A DNA stretch of 64,000 nt. Source: Geosiphon pyriformis uo1. Its lineage: Eukaryota > Fungi > Glomeromycota. The DNA is taken from assembly GCA_016748015.1 (NCBI GenBank), contig JAAOMT010000233.1, forward strand, positions 128,452 through 192,451, in the 5' to 3' direction. The first letter of the stretch is position 1; each line of letters starts with the position of its first letter. A program made the translations under genes and the position numbers. Positions 13,170 through 24,980 of the stretch are shown piece after piece. The notes under the pieces were generated by a model. It saw only the letters and a program-made list of their open reading frames with translations. It was not told the origin of the DNA and did not search any database.

Positions 13170-16100
13170 ATAAAATTACAGCTTTTAAGAAAACACTTTT
13201 CTAGTATATTGAAAACCAAATCAATGATTATTTTTTTAGAAACTACAACATTACAGAAATTAAGTAAAACTTTCTTAAAAATCTTATTTACTACTTAGAT
13301 AAAGATACAAAAAATATTAGTTCTGACAATTGTGCTACTTATTTCAAAGAACTAAATTACAATATTATATAGTTTTGTGAAAAAAAGTATTTTGCCAACT
13401 CACAATTTATTTTTGAACTTAAATTAGCAGAAAAAACAAAAAGAAAAACATTTAATCAGTTTAAACAACACTTAACACATTAAAGACAACTTTTCAACAC
13501 TTATAAACACTTAAATAAGGAACTAGTTCAAAATTACTATTTTTAATTATACTCTTTCTAGCTTTTCTTGCTTAAGCTTAAACACCAAATTTACCACTTA
13601 ACTGTTTTTCAAGACCAGAAAATTTTACATTATCAAAAAACCTAACATAACAGTCTGAACTAATCTTTACTAGTACTAATCTTTTCAACTTCTTAGCAAA
13701 AAACCAAAGCAATTACTTTAATAACAACAAAAATATTTTTGAATGTACAAAAAAAAACTATTTAAGATGAGAATACAGAAAAAATAGCAATCATTTACAT
13801 CACAAAAATTACTGAATTTATTGGAAAAAATGCTAACACCAGTTCACAAAAATGACTTGACAAAGTCCAAAAAGCTGGAAATATAAATAAATAAAATACC
13901 ATAAAAATGCTCAAAGCTATTCCTTATTTTCTTCAAGAAACTATATGTAAATGATTTGAAAACTTAGACACATTCTTTAAAACTTGACAAGCATTTAAAA
14001 ATGCTTTTCTAAAACAATTTACCAATAACAACATCTCTATTACTCTTTGAAACTGATTTTAAAACATTAAACAAGAACTTTTGAATCTATTTTAACCTAT
14101 CTTGAAAAGTTCAACAAATTTTTTTAATAAATTTGACAATTAAAAACCAACAAGCATTACTCTAATACTTAAATTTTAGACCAATTTATAATCAAATTAA
14201 AAGACAAATTAATTAAAAAAGTTTGTTTCTATGCCTTAGTAGATTTAGTTACAGTTATTTAACATGTAAAAAACTACAAAATAACAATAAAAAAAGCAAA
14301 CTGCACCAATTTTATAAACTTTGCAATCAACAAAACCAGCTTAGCAGCTGAAGAAAAAATTAATTAACTTGCAAAAAAAGTTGAAAACTAATAACAACAG
14401 CAACAACAAAAATATTAACCATCCTAAAAACACAATCAAAATAACTACCTATCATTATCAAACAACCAATTTCAAAACTGTTATTATTGTAATTTTAGAA
14501 CACTAGAAACAAGATTGCCAAAAGATACAAAGAGATTAACAATCTAATCTTAGCCATTCTACTATCAACTTATTATTTACTAAGATTTTAATATTAGAAC
14601 AATTACTATTCATCTGTTTCTCAACTTATTCAACAAAAATATTTACAATTACTAGTTTAATAATATCAAATATCTGCTTAAAGATTGGTTTAGCAAAACC
14701 AATTTGCAATAAACAATAGTAGATTCAATTTAAATAACTAATTAGTTTTCCAAAATCCAGCTTAACAAAAATCCAACCATTATCATACATAATCTAGTTA
14801 TTTTACAATATCAAAAGAATTGGATTTTTAATAAACTGTATTTTCTAAAGATAAAACTGCAATCTCAAGACAAAACTCTTTTAAGAATACCATTTTACCA
14901 GTCCAAATCACTTAAAATACCAACTTTTTTAATATCTTTTTATTTGAATTCAAAGCCAATAAATTATTATTTTTACTTAGTAATATAGCAGTTACAAATC
15001 AAAAAACAATTATAGTAATATACATTAAAACCAAAATTGAAAAAAACCAATTCAATTATTTTTAGACAATAGATTTATTAAAAGTATTATTACCTATTAA
15101 TTAATATAACAGCTACAATGAATTATCAACAAATCTGCTCAAGCAGTTATCATTACAGCAGATAACATAAAAAAACTTTAATAAAAGATATTAACAACTT
15201 TTTATTTATAATCAATAGAATTACTATTTCAATTAAAGTTCTAGTCATGAATACATTTCAATATCAAACTCTTACCAAAAACAATTGGCTTTTTAAAGCC
15301 AATGCAAATTTAGATTAAAAAATCCAAAAACTCAAGATTTTATATCAAAAACAATATATTAGAGTATCTGCTACTTGTAATACTTTTAACAAATAATTAA
15401 AAATAGCCTCTGTATTTGAATTTAAAAAAAAATGCCAATTACTAAAACTTATATGGCTCTTGAATCAACATTCAATTAAATTGAAAAAACAGAACAAAAA
15501 ATTTTCAAAAAGACCAAAAAATAGAATATTGTTTACTATTTTAAACTAAAACCACAAAAACAGCTATCATATATTTTATTTAAATACAAAGATTGCAACA
15601 AAAAGCTTTTATTAATAAGAGCTTGTATATTACTAAAAAAAGAATATAAGATGTATACTTGCTATTATTGTAAAGCCTACTATTAAAAAAAATTTATATA
15701 CTCCAAACAAAGCAAAAAATAAGACAATACTCTTTGTCTTACTTGTGGAAAATTACTACCAAAAGAATACAATTAGATTAATATTGCAATAAAAGGAAGA
15801 GGATATAACTAAATTTGTTAATATGTTTTATTAATTACAGAAAAAATGAAAAGAAGAACTTTATTTAATACTATTTATAACAGCATCTTTAACAAACTTT
15901 ATTACTATCTACATAATATTAAAATAATATATAGTTCTGATTAACAGAAGAACTTAAAAAAATATTTGCCAGATAAAAAAAGCAAAGTACATTAAATATA
16001 CAATAAAATTAACTGGATTTAATTATAAAAATAAAACAGAAACTTATTACCAGATTACAAGTTATGTTTATTCAACCAAAAAAGCTCAAATTCAATAATT

Positions 16101-17021
16101 AGAACATATAAACATTCAACTATATAAAGAATATATAATATTTTGTGATAATCAATAATGTTCAAAATACTATGCTCTTAGTATTTTTCTGTCCAGCAAA
16201 AGTAATAAGTATGAAATTAAATTTGGAAAACTTAAACTGAAAAAAAAAATACAATTACATTAATCTATCTAACTGAAAATCAGCCTATCATACAACTCAA
16301 ATATTTTGACAACAATAGACAAGAAATTAAGCCAAAAAAAGCTTATGAAATTGATGCTAGATATAATCTATAATATTCAAACAAAAATACTTTGGTCTTT
16401 TAATCCAAGTTCTTAATAAAAATTAATCTTAAAATTGCTTTTAAAATACTACCAGAAGCAATAGTTCAAATTGTTTTTCAATTATTATTGGCAAGCAAAA
16501 AAATTAGTATTAGAGAAAAAGTTATAGATACAGGATATACTGGAGATATTATTATTATGCTACAAAATAAAACTAATAAACCATTTAAAATTAAGCATGC
16601 TAAAAAAATTGCCCAAGCAATTTATCTACTCTTAATCAATATTTCGGATTTGCAATTAGTTAATTAAAGAGAACAATTAAGCAGAAGTAATAGAGAAACT
16701 TAAAGTTTTGGTTCAACAAAATAATTTACAGTTTTAGCAAATATAGCTTTTAATGCACAAAATAAATCTTACCAAATTCTTCGACTTTTTTAACCAATTA
16801 CCATATTACTTTTTGGAAAACATCACAAAATTTACACTTGTTTAAAACTTACTACTATCCAACAAATCTTCAAATCAAATAAACAAATTTGTTTGAAATA
16901 CAAAATTTCAATTTCAAATATTTATATTCTAAAAGAGATAAAAAATTCTGAGTTATATTTTATAATCCCAACAATTACTCTATTGTTTTATTAAATAAAT
17001 TAGAAATTAGATAATACATAG
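13170..17021 (+). pseudogene. A2 gag - protease - Cys-rich region - dUTPase (decayed)
   Basis: Colinear with A1 18144-22114, with many C>T/G>A stops and indels. Confidence 0.9.
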
Positions 17022-18015
17022 TGTTACCAGTAGAATTTTAGCTATTAATTAGCATGAAATTACCCTTATAATTCCTATAATTTATTAGTATATTAATATC
17101 ATTTCAAATTATCATTTATTATTTAATCAATTATCACATATCACGATTCAATTAAAATAATCTAATTAGTATAACAGAAAGTAGGATGATCAAATTACAC
17201 AATACCCTGAACTTTGTAACATACAGAAATTCGCCGAAATTTATAAGAAATTCGCCGAAATTTACAGAAATTCGCCAAAATTATGAATAGTTCACCCAAA
17301 TTAATCAATAGTTCAGCGAAATAACTTGTAGTTCATCAAAATGTATCTTTAGTTCGCCAAAATTTGAGCAAAGAGAAAAAGTGCAAGTTCATAAACTAGT
17401 ACTACAACAAGTTGTATAAAAAAAGAGCTTTTCTCTTCTGGAAAATGTATCTTACTTTAGATTTATCTCTTAAAACCGTTCCTATACACACAAAAAGAAA
17501 TAAATATCAAATAATTCGAAAAAACCAAATTCTTTAATTATTGTACTTGGAAAAACCCCCAAAACCCAACTAACATTTTGAAATTGATTAGCTACCAATT
17601 TCAGTAAACTGTTAGTGACTCCAGGCCTGAATAGAAAACGTTTCTCTTGATAAAATTTTATTTTTTTTACATTTCTTTTATTTTTCTTTTCTTTTCTTAT
17701 TACAATCATTAGAGTAGCCTACAGATGAGATTCCTATAGAAGAGTTGACTTTCACAGCAAAATAACTACACATTTTTAGTGAGCTTCCAGACGAGCAATT
17801 CCTGGGAAAAATTTAACATTTACTACAACGTAACTACATAAAGTAACTGGCAAGGAATCGGCCATTCTACTTATAAGCCCAGCAGTTCAAATTATAGGAG
17901 ATAATTTGAAGATAAATTCAGTTATTGGAGGTTCAACCACATTCAGAAAACGTGAATTCACAACAAACAGGCATCAACAACATTTAAAAAAAGAGACCAA
18001 AAACCTCTGGTAACA
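17022..18015 (+). repeat. A1 5' LTR (994 bp)
   Basis: TGTTACCAG...CTGGTAACA 9-bp terminal inverted repeat; candidate TATA box (tgtataaaa) near 17413. Confidence 0.95.
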
Positions 18016-18017
18016 TT

Positions 18018-18035
18018 TGGTGCTCTCCCACGGAA
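18018..18035 (+). promoter_or_regulatory. Primer-binding site TGGTGCTCTCCCACGGAA
   Basis: Lies 2 nt after the LTR. Its complement fits a tRNA 3' end (CCA, discriminator A, acceptor strand GGAGAGC, T-stem CCGTG). Family B1 shares TGGTGCTCTC. tRNA identity not determined. Confidence 0.85.
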
Positions 18036-18060
18036 ATAACACAGCAACAACAAATTCAAA

Positions 18061-21000
18061 GTGGCGACCACACCAGACACAGCAACTCTAGAGTATTACC
18101 AGTCAATTTACACTCACTGCAAGCAAAGATGCAACATTCCAGACGGAATTGAAGTTGTAAAGAAATCAGTATACCAATACATTGAAAACCGCATCAACAA
18201 TTATCTTTTTGGAAACTACAACATTTCAGAAGTTAGAAGCAATCTCTACAATAATTTAGTGCACTATTCACAATTGAGAACAGAAAACCTGAACAGTGAA
18301 ACACTTGCTACCTACTTCCAAGAACTTAATTTTAATATTATTGAGTATTGTGAAGAAAAATACCCAGTACAGTCTAAATACTCTTTTGACTTTGAATCAG
18401 AGACAGAAACAAACAACAAAGACAAACAAAGATTAAAACAATACTCAAGAACCACTTCAAACACTCCAACACTACAAAAGACAACTGCCAAACACTTGCA
18501 AACACCTGAACAAGGAACCAGTGTCAAATTACCGCTTTCTATTACACCATTTCCAATTTCATTTGTTCAACCACAAACACCAAGTTCACCACTTAGCTAT
18601 TTCTCCAGACCAAAAGATTTTCAGTCACCTAGAAATCCTACTCAACAGCAAAAACCAATATCAACAAGTGCCAATATCATTGATTACTTACAGGAAAACG
18701 AAAGTAATCACTCAGAAAGCTTGGAAAGTGAAGAAACTGAATCAGAACCAGAAAAAATTACAGAAAACGAAGAAGAAATGGCAACTGTTTATATTGCAAA
18801 AATCCCAGAATTCACTGATAAAGACAATGATACCAGTCCTCAAGAATGGCTTGACAAGGTTCAAAAAGCAGGAGATGCAAATGGTTGGATTGCAGCAAGA
18901 ATGCTTAAAGCAATTCCCTACTTTCTCCAAGGAACAGCAGGAGAATAGTTTGAAAATTTAGAAAAACCATTTGAAAACTGGCAAGCATTCAAAGATGCTT
19001 TTCTATAACAATTCACTGACAACAATACCTCTATTACTCTCAAAAACTGCTTTCACAATATCAAACAAGAAACATCTAAATCTGTTATGACCTATTTTAG
19101 AAGATTTAACAAACTTCTCAAACAAATTCAACAATTGAAAACCAATGACTACTATTTTGATGCTCAAATTCTGAATCAGTTTATAGCAGGATTAAAAGAC
19201 AAACTGATTAAGAAAGTCCATCCACATGCTCCAGCAGACTTAGCAACTGCTATTAGACATGCAAAAAGCTATGAAATGGCAATGGAAGAAGCAAATCACA
19301 CCAAGCTTGTAAACCTTGCAATTGGAGAAACCAGCTCAACAGCTGAAAAAAAGATAGACCAACTCACAAAGAAAGTTGAAAGCTATTTTACAAACCAACA
19401 ACAACAGCAGCAACAACCACAAAGATATCAACCACCACAATGACGCAACCAAAACAATTTTGGATTACCATCCAACAACCAATCTCAAAATTGTCATTAT
19501 TGTGGAATTCCAGGACACTGGAAACGAGATTGTAGGAAATTGCAAAGAGACCAACAAAATAGGAGTAATCAACATTACTCTTCACTACAACAATCTTATT
19601 ACCAATTTCCACCACCAACCTATTATTCACCAAGACCACAAAATCAAAACTACTATCCACCAGCTCCATAATCAATGCAGCAACAATATTAGCAACCTTT
19701 ACCAATTCAGCCATATCAGACACCATCCACTCAACAATATCAAGTACCAGCAAGAAGATTGGTTCAACATAACCAATTCACACCCCAAAATCAATTGCAG
19801 AATAACCACAACAGAATCAATCCAAATAACCAGTTGGTTCCCCAAAATTCGGGTCAGCAAAGACCCAATCACTATCACACTCAACCCAGTTATCTTACAA
19901 TACCAGAGGAATCGGATTTTCAACAAACTGCACTTTTTGAAGATGAAGTTGCAGCGCTAAGATCAAACTCTTCCAACCACACTATTCCACCAGTTCAAAT
20001 TGCCCAAAATGCTAATCTGTCAGATATATTTCCATTTGAATTTGAAGCAAATGAATCACTATTTCTGCTTAGTAATGCAGCAGTCAATAAACAGAAAACA
20101 ATTACTGCCATGTACACAGAAGCTACAGTAGAAGGAAAACTCATTCACTCAATTTTAGATAGTAGATTAGCTGGAAGTATCATTACTTACCAGCTGATGC
20201 AACAACTCAAACGAAACATAGACAGACCAGTTCAAACAGTTATTGTCACAGCTGATAGTATGAAGAAGACTTCAGTAGGAGAAATTGATAATTTCTCCTT
20301 TTCAATTGATGGAATTACCATTCCAGTTAAAGTTCTTGTTATGGATGCACCCCAATATCAAACTCTAGTCAGAAATGATTGGTTTCTCAAGGCCAATGCA
20401 AACCTGAACTGGGAAACTCAAGAACTTAAAATCTTATACTAAGGACAATATACCATAGTACTTGTAACCTGTGGTACCTTTAACAAACAATCAGAAAAAG
20501 CTCCAGTATTTGAATTTGAAGAAAAGAAAGAAATGCCACTTACTGAAACCTACATGGCTCTTGGATCAACATCCAATTGGGCTGAAGAAACTGAACAAAA
20601 GATTTTTGAAAAATCAAAGTGATAGAGGAAAGTTAAATATTCTACACCAGAACCACAGAAACAACCACCCTATATTCCACTCAAATGCAAAGATTGCAAC
20701 AAAAAACTTTCATCAATGGGAGCATGTATTTCTCCAGAAGAGGAATATGAAACTTATACCTGTTACTTTTGCAAAGCATGCCATAAAAAACGATTTGGAT
20801 CTCCAAAAAGAAGTAGAAAATGGGACAACACACCTTGCTTTACATGTGAAGAAATGCTACCAGAAGAATGCAATTAGATTGATGTAGCAATGAGAGGAGG
20901 AGTATGTGATCAAACCTGTCAATATGCTCTATCAATTTCGAAAAAAGTCAAAAGAGGAACACCATTTGATGCAGCATACAACAGTGCTTTCAATAAACTT

Positions 21001-23660
21001 TACCACTACTCTCATAATGCTGAAATGATTTTTGACTTAGCAATGGCATTGATTAATAGAGCCACCTAAGAAAATGTTTGCCAAATAAAAGAAGCTGAAT
21101 ATATTGAGTATACCATGGAATTAGCTGGATTTGATTATGAAGATAAAGTAGAAACCTACCACTAAATTGCAAGCCACACATATCCAACCAAAGAAGCTCA
21201 AATTCAACGATTAGAGCAAATGAACATTCAATTGTGTAAAGAATGTGTTATGCCTTGTGATAACCAATGGTGTTTAGAATGTTATGCTCTTAGCATTCCT
21301 CTGCCAGATGAGAATGATGAAAATGAAATCGAATTTGGAGTATCTGAACTAGTAGAAGAACTACCAACCACTCCCATCTATCTTCTTGAAAAGCAATCAC
21401 TTCTACAACTTAAATATTTTGACAACCATGGCCAAGGAATCAGACCAGAAAAAGCACACAAAATTGATGCTGGATATGACCTAAGATATTCAGGAAAAGA
21501 TACTTTGATTCTCCAACCAAAGTCTTTGACAAAAATCAATCTCAAAATTGCTCTTGAAATTCCACCAGGAGCAATGATTCAAATTGCCTCCAGATCATCA
21601 TTGGCAAGCAAAGAAATCAATATTAGAGGAGAAGTTATAGATGCAGGATACACTGGAGACATTACCATTATGTTACAGAATGAGACAGACAAACCATTCA
21701 AAATTGAACATGCTGAAAAAATTGCTCAAGCAATTTACTTACCCTTAATCAACATTTCGGGTTTACAATCAGTAAACAACAGAGAACAATTAGGAAAAGT
21801 GAAAGAGGAACTCAAGGTTTTGGTTCAACTGGATGATTTACAGTCCCAGCAAACATAGTTCTTAATACACAAAATGAATCTTACCAGATTTTTCAACTTC
21901 CTCAGCCAATTACCATTTCACCTTTTGGAGAACATCACGAAATTTACACTTGCTCAAAACCCACCACTACACAACAAATCTGTTTGAAGCATGAAATATC
22001 AATTTCAAACATTTATATTCCCAAAAGAATAAAAAAATTTCGAGTTACATTCTACAACCCCAATAATTACCCTATTGTTTTATTAAACAAATTAGAAATT
22101 GGAATCATACACAGCAATATCTTTCAAGATGAAAACCCTCAAATTATATCTAATTTCATCGAAATTGTAAAGCACACTCGACTCCCAAATCCAAATATTA
22201 TTCTCACTACTGAAAACTACCACTTGTTGGAAGAAAAACTTTCTCAAATTAATATGGGTCTCTTAGAATCTCAACAACAAAGACAATTGAAGCAATTAAT
22301 AGCTGAATTTGCAGATATATTTGCAAAAGACAACAATAACTTGAGAAAAACAGACATTGTTCAACATCAGATCCATACAGGAAATGCTCTATCAAAACGT
22401 CAACAAGCTTATCAAGTGCCACCTGCCAGCCACCAATTCATTAGAGAAGAGGTCCAAAGAATGCTCAATAACGGATTGATTTAACCATCAAGAAGTCCTT
22501 GGGCCTCACCAGTAGTTTTAGTTAAAAAGAAAAACGGAAAAATCAGATTCTGTGTTGATTATAGACAACTGAATAGTGTTACAATTGGAGATGTCTACCC
22601 TCTTCCAAGAATTGATAACATGCTAGATGCTCTAGGAAAAGCCAAGTTCTTTTCAACTTTAGACCTGGAAAGTGGATACTGGCAAGTCAAAATGGACCCA
22701 AAAGATAGACTCAAAACAGCATTCACCACTCAAGGAGAAAATTATGAGTTTAATGTTATACCTTTTGGACTCTGCAATGCATCAGCAACATTTCAGTGAC
22801 TCATGGATGTTGTCTATAAAGGGCTTTTGTGGCAATCAGTAGTTGTTTATCTTGATGATACTGATGTATACTCACCAAGCTTTGAAGCCCATCTTATTTA
22901 CCTGCAAGAAGTTTTTCAATGATTACGGAAAGCAGGATTAAAGTTAAATATTAAAAAATGTCACTTTGGAAAAACAAGTTTGATCTTTCTTGGACACATA
23001 GTTAGTAAAGATGGAATCAAACCAAATCCAGGAACAATCAGTGCTGTCAAAAACTTTTAAACCTCCAGAAATACTACAGAACTAAGAGGATTTGTGGGAT
23101 TAGTCTCTTACTATCAAAAATTCATAAAAGGATTCTCAGAAATTGCCAAACCACTCAATTATCTTATCAACAAAAACGTACCATACAAATGGACTAAAGA
23201 ACAACAAAAAGCTTTTGAAATTCTCAAAACAAAATTAACAACAGCCCCAGTTCTTGCTTACCCAGACTTCAACAAACGATTCCAATTAGCCACTGATGCC
23301 TTACATATAGCATTTAGTGCCATCTTATCACAATTGGATGAAAATGGCCAGGAACAAGTTATTGCCTATGTCAGCAGAACACTCAAGCCAACAGAACTCA
23401 AATATGGCTCAACTGAATTAGAAGCTGCTGCAGTTATTTGAGCTCTTAAACATTTTCAACAATATCTGAAGAATGGAAAAGAATTTGACATAATAACAGA
23501 CAACATTGGCCTCAAATGGCTCAATAAAAAGAAAACTGAACAAAGTGCCAAACAGTTTTGATAGAATGACTTCCTAGCAGACTACAGATATATTGTACAC
23601 CACAAATCAGGAAAACTACATATTAATGTTGATAGCCTCTCAAGAATGAGACAAGATTAA
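18061..23660 (+). pseudogene. gag-pol: A1 gag-pol single reading frame (Gag, CCHC, PR, Cys-rich domain, dUTPase, RT, RNase H) with nonsense mutations and one frameshift
   Basis: ORF pieces at 18061, 19087, 19759 and 21220 share one frame. A 1-nt loss near 21797 shifts to the frame of 21984/23094. Motifs: CHYCGIPGHWKRDC 19492-19533; ILDSR (decayed DSG) ~20152; YLDD 22848-22859; LATDA; NVDSLSR; TAA 23658-23660. Confidence 0.92.
21409..21833 (+). pseudogene. dut: dUTPase domain within pol
   Basis: Trimeric dUTPase motifs: DAGYDL, ASRSSLA, VIDAGYTGDI, KIAQAI, and RGTQGFGSTG after the frameshift. Confidence 0.93.
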
Positions 23661-23717
23661 TACCAACAACAATTCCACCACAACTTACCAACTTACCAAC
23701 AAAATAACCAAACAAAA

Positions 23718-24838
23718 ATGGATCCCAGAAACTACAGCAATCTTAAAAATTATTTGAAGACTTTTACCATGCCAGAAAACTGGTCTCCAAGTGAAAAATA
23801 CCGCTTACAACACCAATTAAAACAATATTTCATACACCAGAACAAAATCTATTATAAAAATCACAGAAAACCAAACCAGCCACTCAGATTAGTACAAGAG
23901 AATGAAAAAGAAACAATTTTATACAACATGCACACAAATCCGTCTTCAGCACACTTGGGAAAAGAGGGAACAATTCAAAGAACTCTTGAACATTATTTTT
24001 GGCCTCATATACAAAAAGACATTCGACAATATGTAGAATCTTGTGATAATTGTCAAAAAAGAGGAGGAACTCACCCCACAGAACCTTTAAATTCAATCAA
24101 AGTTGGACAACCTTTTGACAGAGTTGAAATTGATTTAGTCGGACCATTACCTATCACAACCCAAGGAAATTGTTATATTGCAGTTGCAGTGAATTATCTT
24201 ACCAAATAGCCTGAAGCTAGAGCCATCCAAAGAGCAGATGCAAAATCAGTAGCAAATTTCATCTATAAAGACATTATCTGTAGACATGGATGCCCAATTG
24301 AACTCTTATCTGATCAAGGAACACATTTTGTGAACAACTTGATACAAGAAATTTGTGAATGGTTCAATGTCAAAAGATCTTTATCATCACCTTATCACCC
24401 TCAAACAAATAGACTTGTAGAACATTTCAACAGAACATTGTGTGAATCTCTAGCCAAAGTCTCAACAAACTTTGAACAGGAATGAGATATCTTTATTCCA
24501 TTAGTGTTACTAGCATACAGAACACTAAAACAAGATACTACGAAANNNNNNNNNNNNNNNNNNNNNNNNNNNNNNNNNNNNNNNNNNNNNNNNNNNNNNN
24601 NNNNNNNNNNNNNNNNNNNNNNNNNNNNNNNNNNNNNNNNNNNNNNNNNNNNNNNNNNNNNNNNNNNNNNNNNNNNNNNNNNNNNNNNNNNNNNNNNNNN
24701 NNNNNNNNNNNNNNNNNNNNNNNNNNNNNNNNNNNNNNNNNNNNNNNNNNNNNNNNNNNNNNNNNNNNNNNNNNNNNNNNNNNNNNNNNNNNNNNNNNNN
24801 NNNTTATAATAGAACAACAACCAAACTTGAACACTTAA
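23718..24838 (+). pseudogene. int: A1 integrase, separate ORF (one internal stop; assembly gap 24546-24803)
   Basis: MDPRNY start; HHCC (MHTNPSSAH...CDNC); DLVGP, SDQG and LVEHFN catalytic motifs; ends IIEQQPNLNT*. Confidence 0.9.
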
Positions 24839-24980
24839 ATTTTACAATAATTCTCTAATAAAAACACAAAGACAAAAATAGTAAATAATTACAAAACACT
24901 CAAACCCAAAGACAAATAAAAACCCCATATCCAAAAATCATTTTCTTTATTCTCTCTTTTCATAATTAGTCAATTTTATT

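Noticed and set aside
17482-17709. 75-aa antisense ORF present in both A1 LTRs (also 26088-26315)
   Set aside because: Duplicated only because it lies in the LTR; low complexity and not seen as an ORF in the other A LTRs.
17840-17885. TAACTGGC...TTATAAGCCC as a twister ribozyme
   Set aside because: Lacks the GG/CC P4 stem and pseudoknot partners.
18018-18035. tRNA gene
   Set aside because: Only the 18-nt complement of a tRNA 3' end, i.e. a PBS.
18312-20887. Alternative-frame and antisense ORFs over gag/PR (18312, 18521, 18742, 19376, 19388, 19699, 20471)
   Set aside because: Shadows of the biased gag-pol frame; no motifs and not conserved in other copies.
24401-24838. Poly-X ORFs in the ORF track
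   Set aside because: Artefacts of the N gap 24546-24803. Comparison with A2 suggests the true gap is about twice as long.
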